The notes under the pieces are model-generated. The model worked only from the letters and a program-made list of their open reading frames with translations, did no database searches and was not told where the DNA came from. The position numbers were made by a program, and so were the translations under genes. A stretch of 64,000 bases of DNA from NCBI GenBank assembly GCA_963745075.1, contig CAVUWV010000011.1, forward strand, positions 64,001 through 128,000. Reading direction: 5' to 3'. The stretch comes from Candidatus Hydrogenedentota bacterium. Its GTDB lineage: Bacteria > Hydrogenedentota > Hydrogenedentia > Hydrogenedentales > SLHB01. This document shows, in pieces, positions 63,118 to 64,000 of this stretch. How positions within the stretch are numbered: the stretch's first letter is position 1; every line of letters starts with the position of its first letter.

Positions 63118-64000
63118 GTGAAAAAGCTCGCTTTGGTGTCGACATTTCTGTTTGTTTTCACCGCATACGCCCAGGATACGCCCTGGAAGGCCATCACACC
63201 GGGACCGAACCTCGCTGGATGGACGGTCGTTAGCGGCGACTGGTCCGTGGAAGGCGGCGTTCTCACGGGAAAAGCCGCCGACGATGCTCCGGCCGTGCTC
63301 GTCTCGGATGCAACGTACATCGATTTCGCATTGGAGGCCGAGTTTGAAACGCCCAGCCCCGGCGACGGTGGAATCTACCTTCGCGCTCACCAGTTGCCCA
63401 AACTTCCCATTCCGGAAGGGACGGATCCCATGACCGTGCCACGGATTCTGTATGGCTACCGGGTCGGCGTGGACACCATGGGCGCTGGCGCCACGGGCAG
63501 TCTGAGCGACCCCAACGGATGCGGCGCCGTTTTCTCCTCCCGGTCCGCCGCGACCGCCACAGTGATCACCGACGATTGGAACGACCTCTCCGTGACCATG
63601 CTCGAGAGCGATCTCGCGGTAACGGTCAATGGCGAGATTGCCGTAACCGGATCCGACACGGGATACACGAAGGGCCTCGTCGCCTTTGAAGTCGTCCCCG
63701 GTTCCGAAATCCACTTCCGCAACGTTCGCATCCAGGATCGCGGCCGTTCCGGTACGTGGCGCTCCCTGTTCAACGGCAAAAACTTTGACGGTTGGATCGA
63801 GTGGGGTGAAGAAGACTGGATGGTGGAAGACGGCGTCATCGTGGGCCACAGCGGGCCGAAAAAGTCGGAAGGGTACATGGCCACCGCGGACACGTGGAAG
63901 GACTTTCACGTGCGCGGCGTGTATAAGATGCTTGGCGAAGGCAACTACGGCCTTTTTTACCACTCCACCATCGCCTACAATGAGAAACACTATCCCGTCA
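63118..64000 (+). CDS. Secreted tandem DUF1080 (3-keto-disaccharide hydrolase-like) protein, partial
   Basis: Translated by hand. GGAGGA RBS, GTG start, signal MKKLALVSTFLFVFTAYA, then LAGW...WSVEGG...FRNVRI and WRSLFNGKNFDGW. Open to the window end. Confidence 0.8.
   Translation, partial: MKKLALVSTFLFVFTAYAQDTPWKAITPGPNLAGWTVVSGDWSVEGGVLTGKAADDAPAVLVSDATYIDFALEAEFETPSPGDGGIYLRAHQLPKLPIPEGTDPMTVPRILYGYRVGVDTMGAGATGSLSDPNGCGAVFSSRSAATATVITDDWNDLSVTMLESDLAVTVNGEIAVTGSDTGYTKGLVAFEVVPGSEIHFRNVRIQDRGRSGTWRSLFNGKNFDGWIEWGEEDWMVEDGVIVGHSGPKKSEGYMATADTWKDFHVRGVYKMLGEGNYGLFYHSTIAYNEKHYPV

Overview
GC-rich bacterial chromosomal window made almost entirely of housekeeping and envelope genes, with no prophage, transposase, CRISPR, rRNA or tRNA that I can support. 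It carries aroD, tatB/tatC, an IHF/HU subunit, a mixed hisI-trpE-trpG operon, Xaa-Pro peptidase-efp-accB-accC, a GT4x3-WecA-O-antigen-ligase-like cluster, CIRCE-hrcA-grpE-dnaK-dnaJ (dnaJ frameshifted), three-gene pntAA/AB/B, tandem Ser/Thr kinase-propeller paralogs, larB-larC-coaD, several exported hydrolases (GH5, GH50-like, M14-dockerin, PLD, DUF1080) and an SPFH/Zn-ribbon pair. The dockerin-tagged peptidase and gene content are compatible with Hydrogenedentota (inference only). The most notable observation is an unannotated 17-codon His-rich, Trp-containing leader peptide (MPAHSLSHHRWRHYTHS) with a GGAGG ribosome-binding site directly upstream of hisI-trpE-trpG, a candidate dual His/Trp attenuator lacking a classical U-tail terminator. 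Other leads are a stand-alone serine-recombinase DNA-binding-domain protein with its own promoter and structured leader, two exported apparent pseudo-enzymes (a PHP protein and a penicillin-acylase-like protein with a duplicated C-terminal domain), an operator palindrome over the kinase-pair promoter, and several MITE/REP-like repeat families. All family calls are from motif recognition, not database searches.
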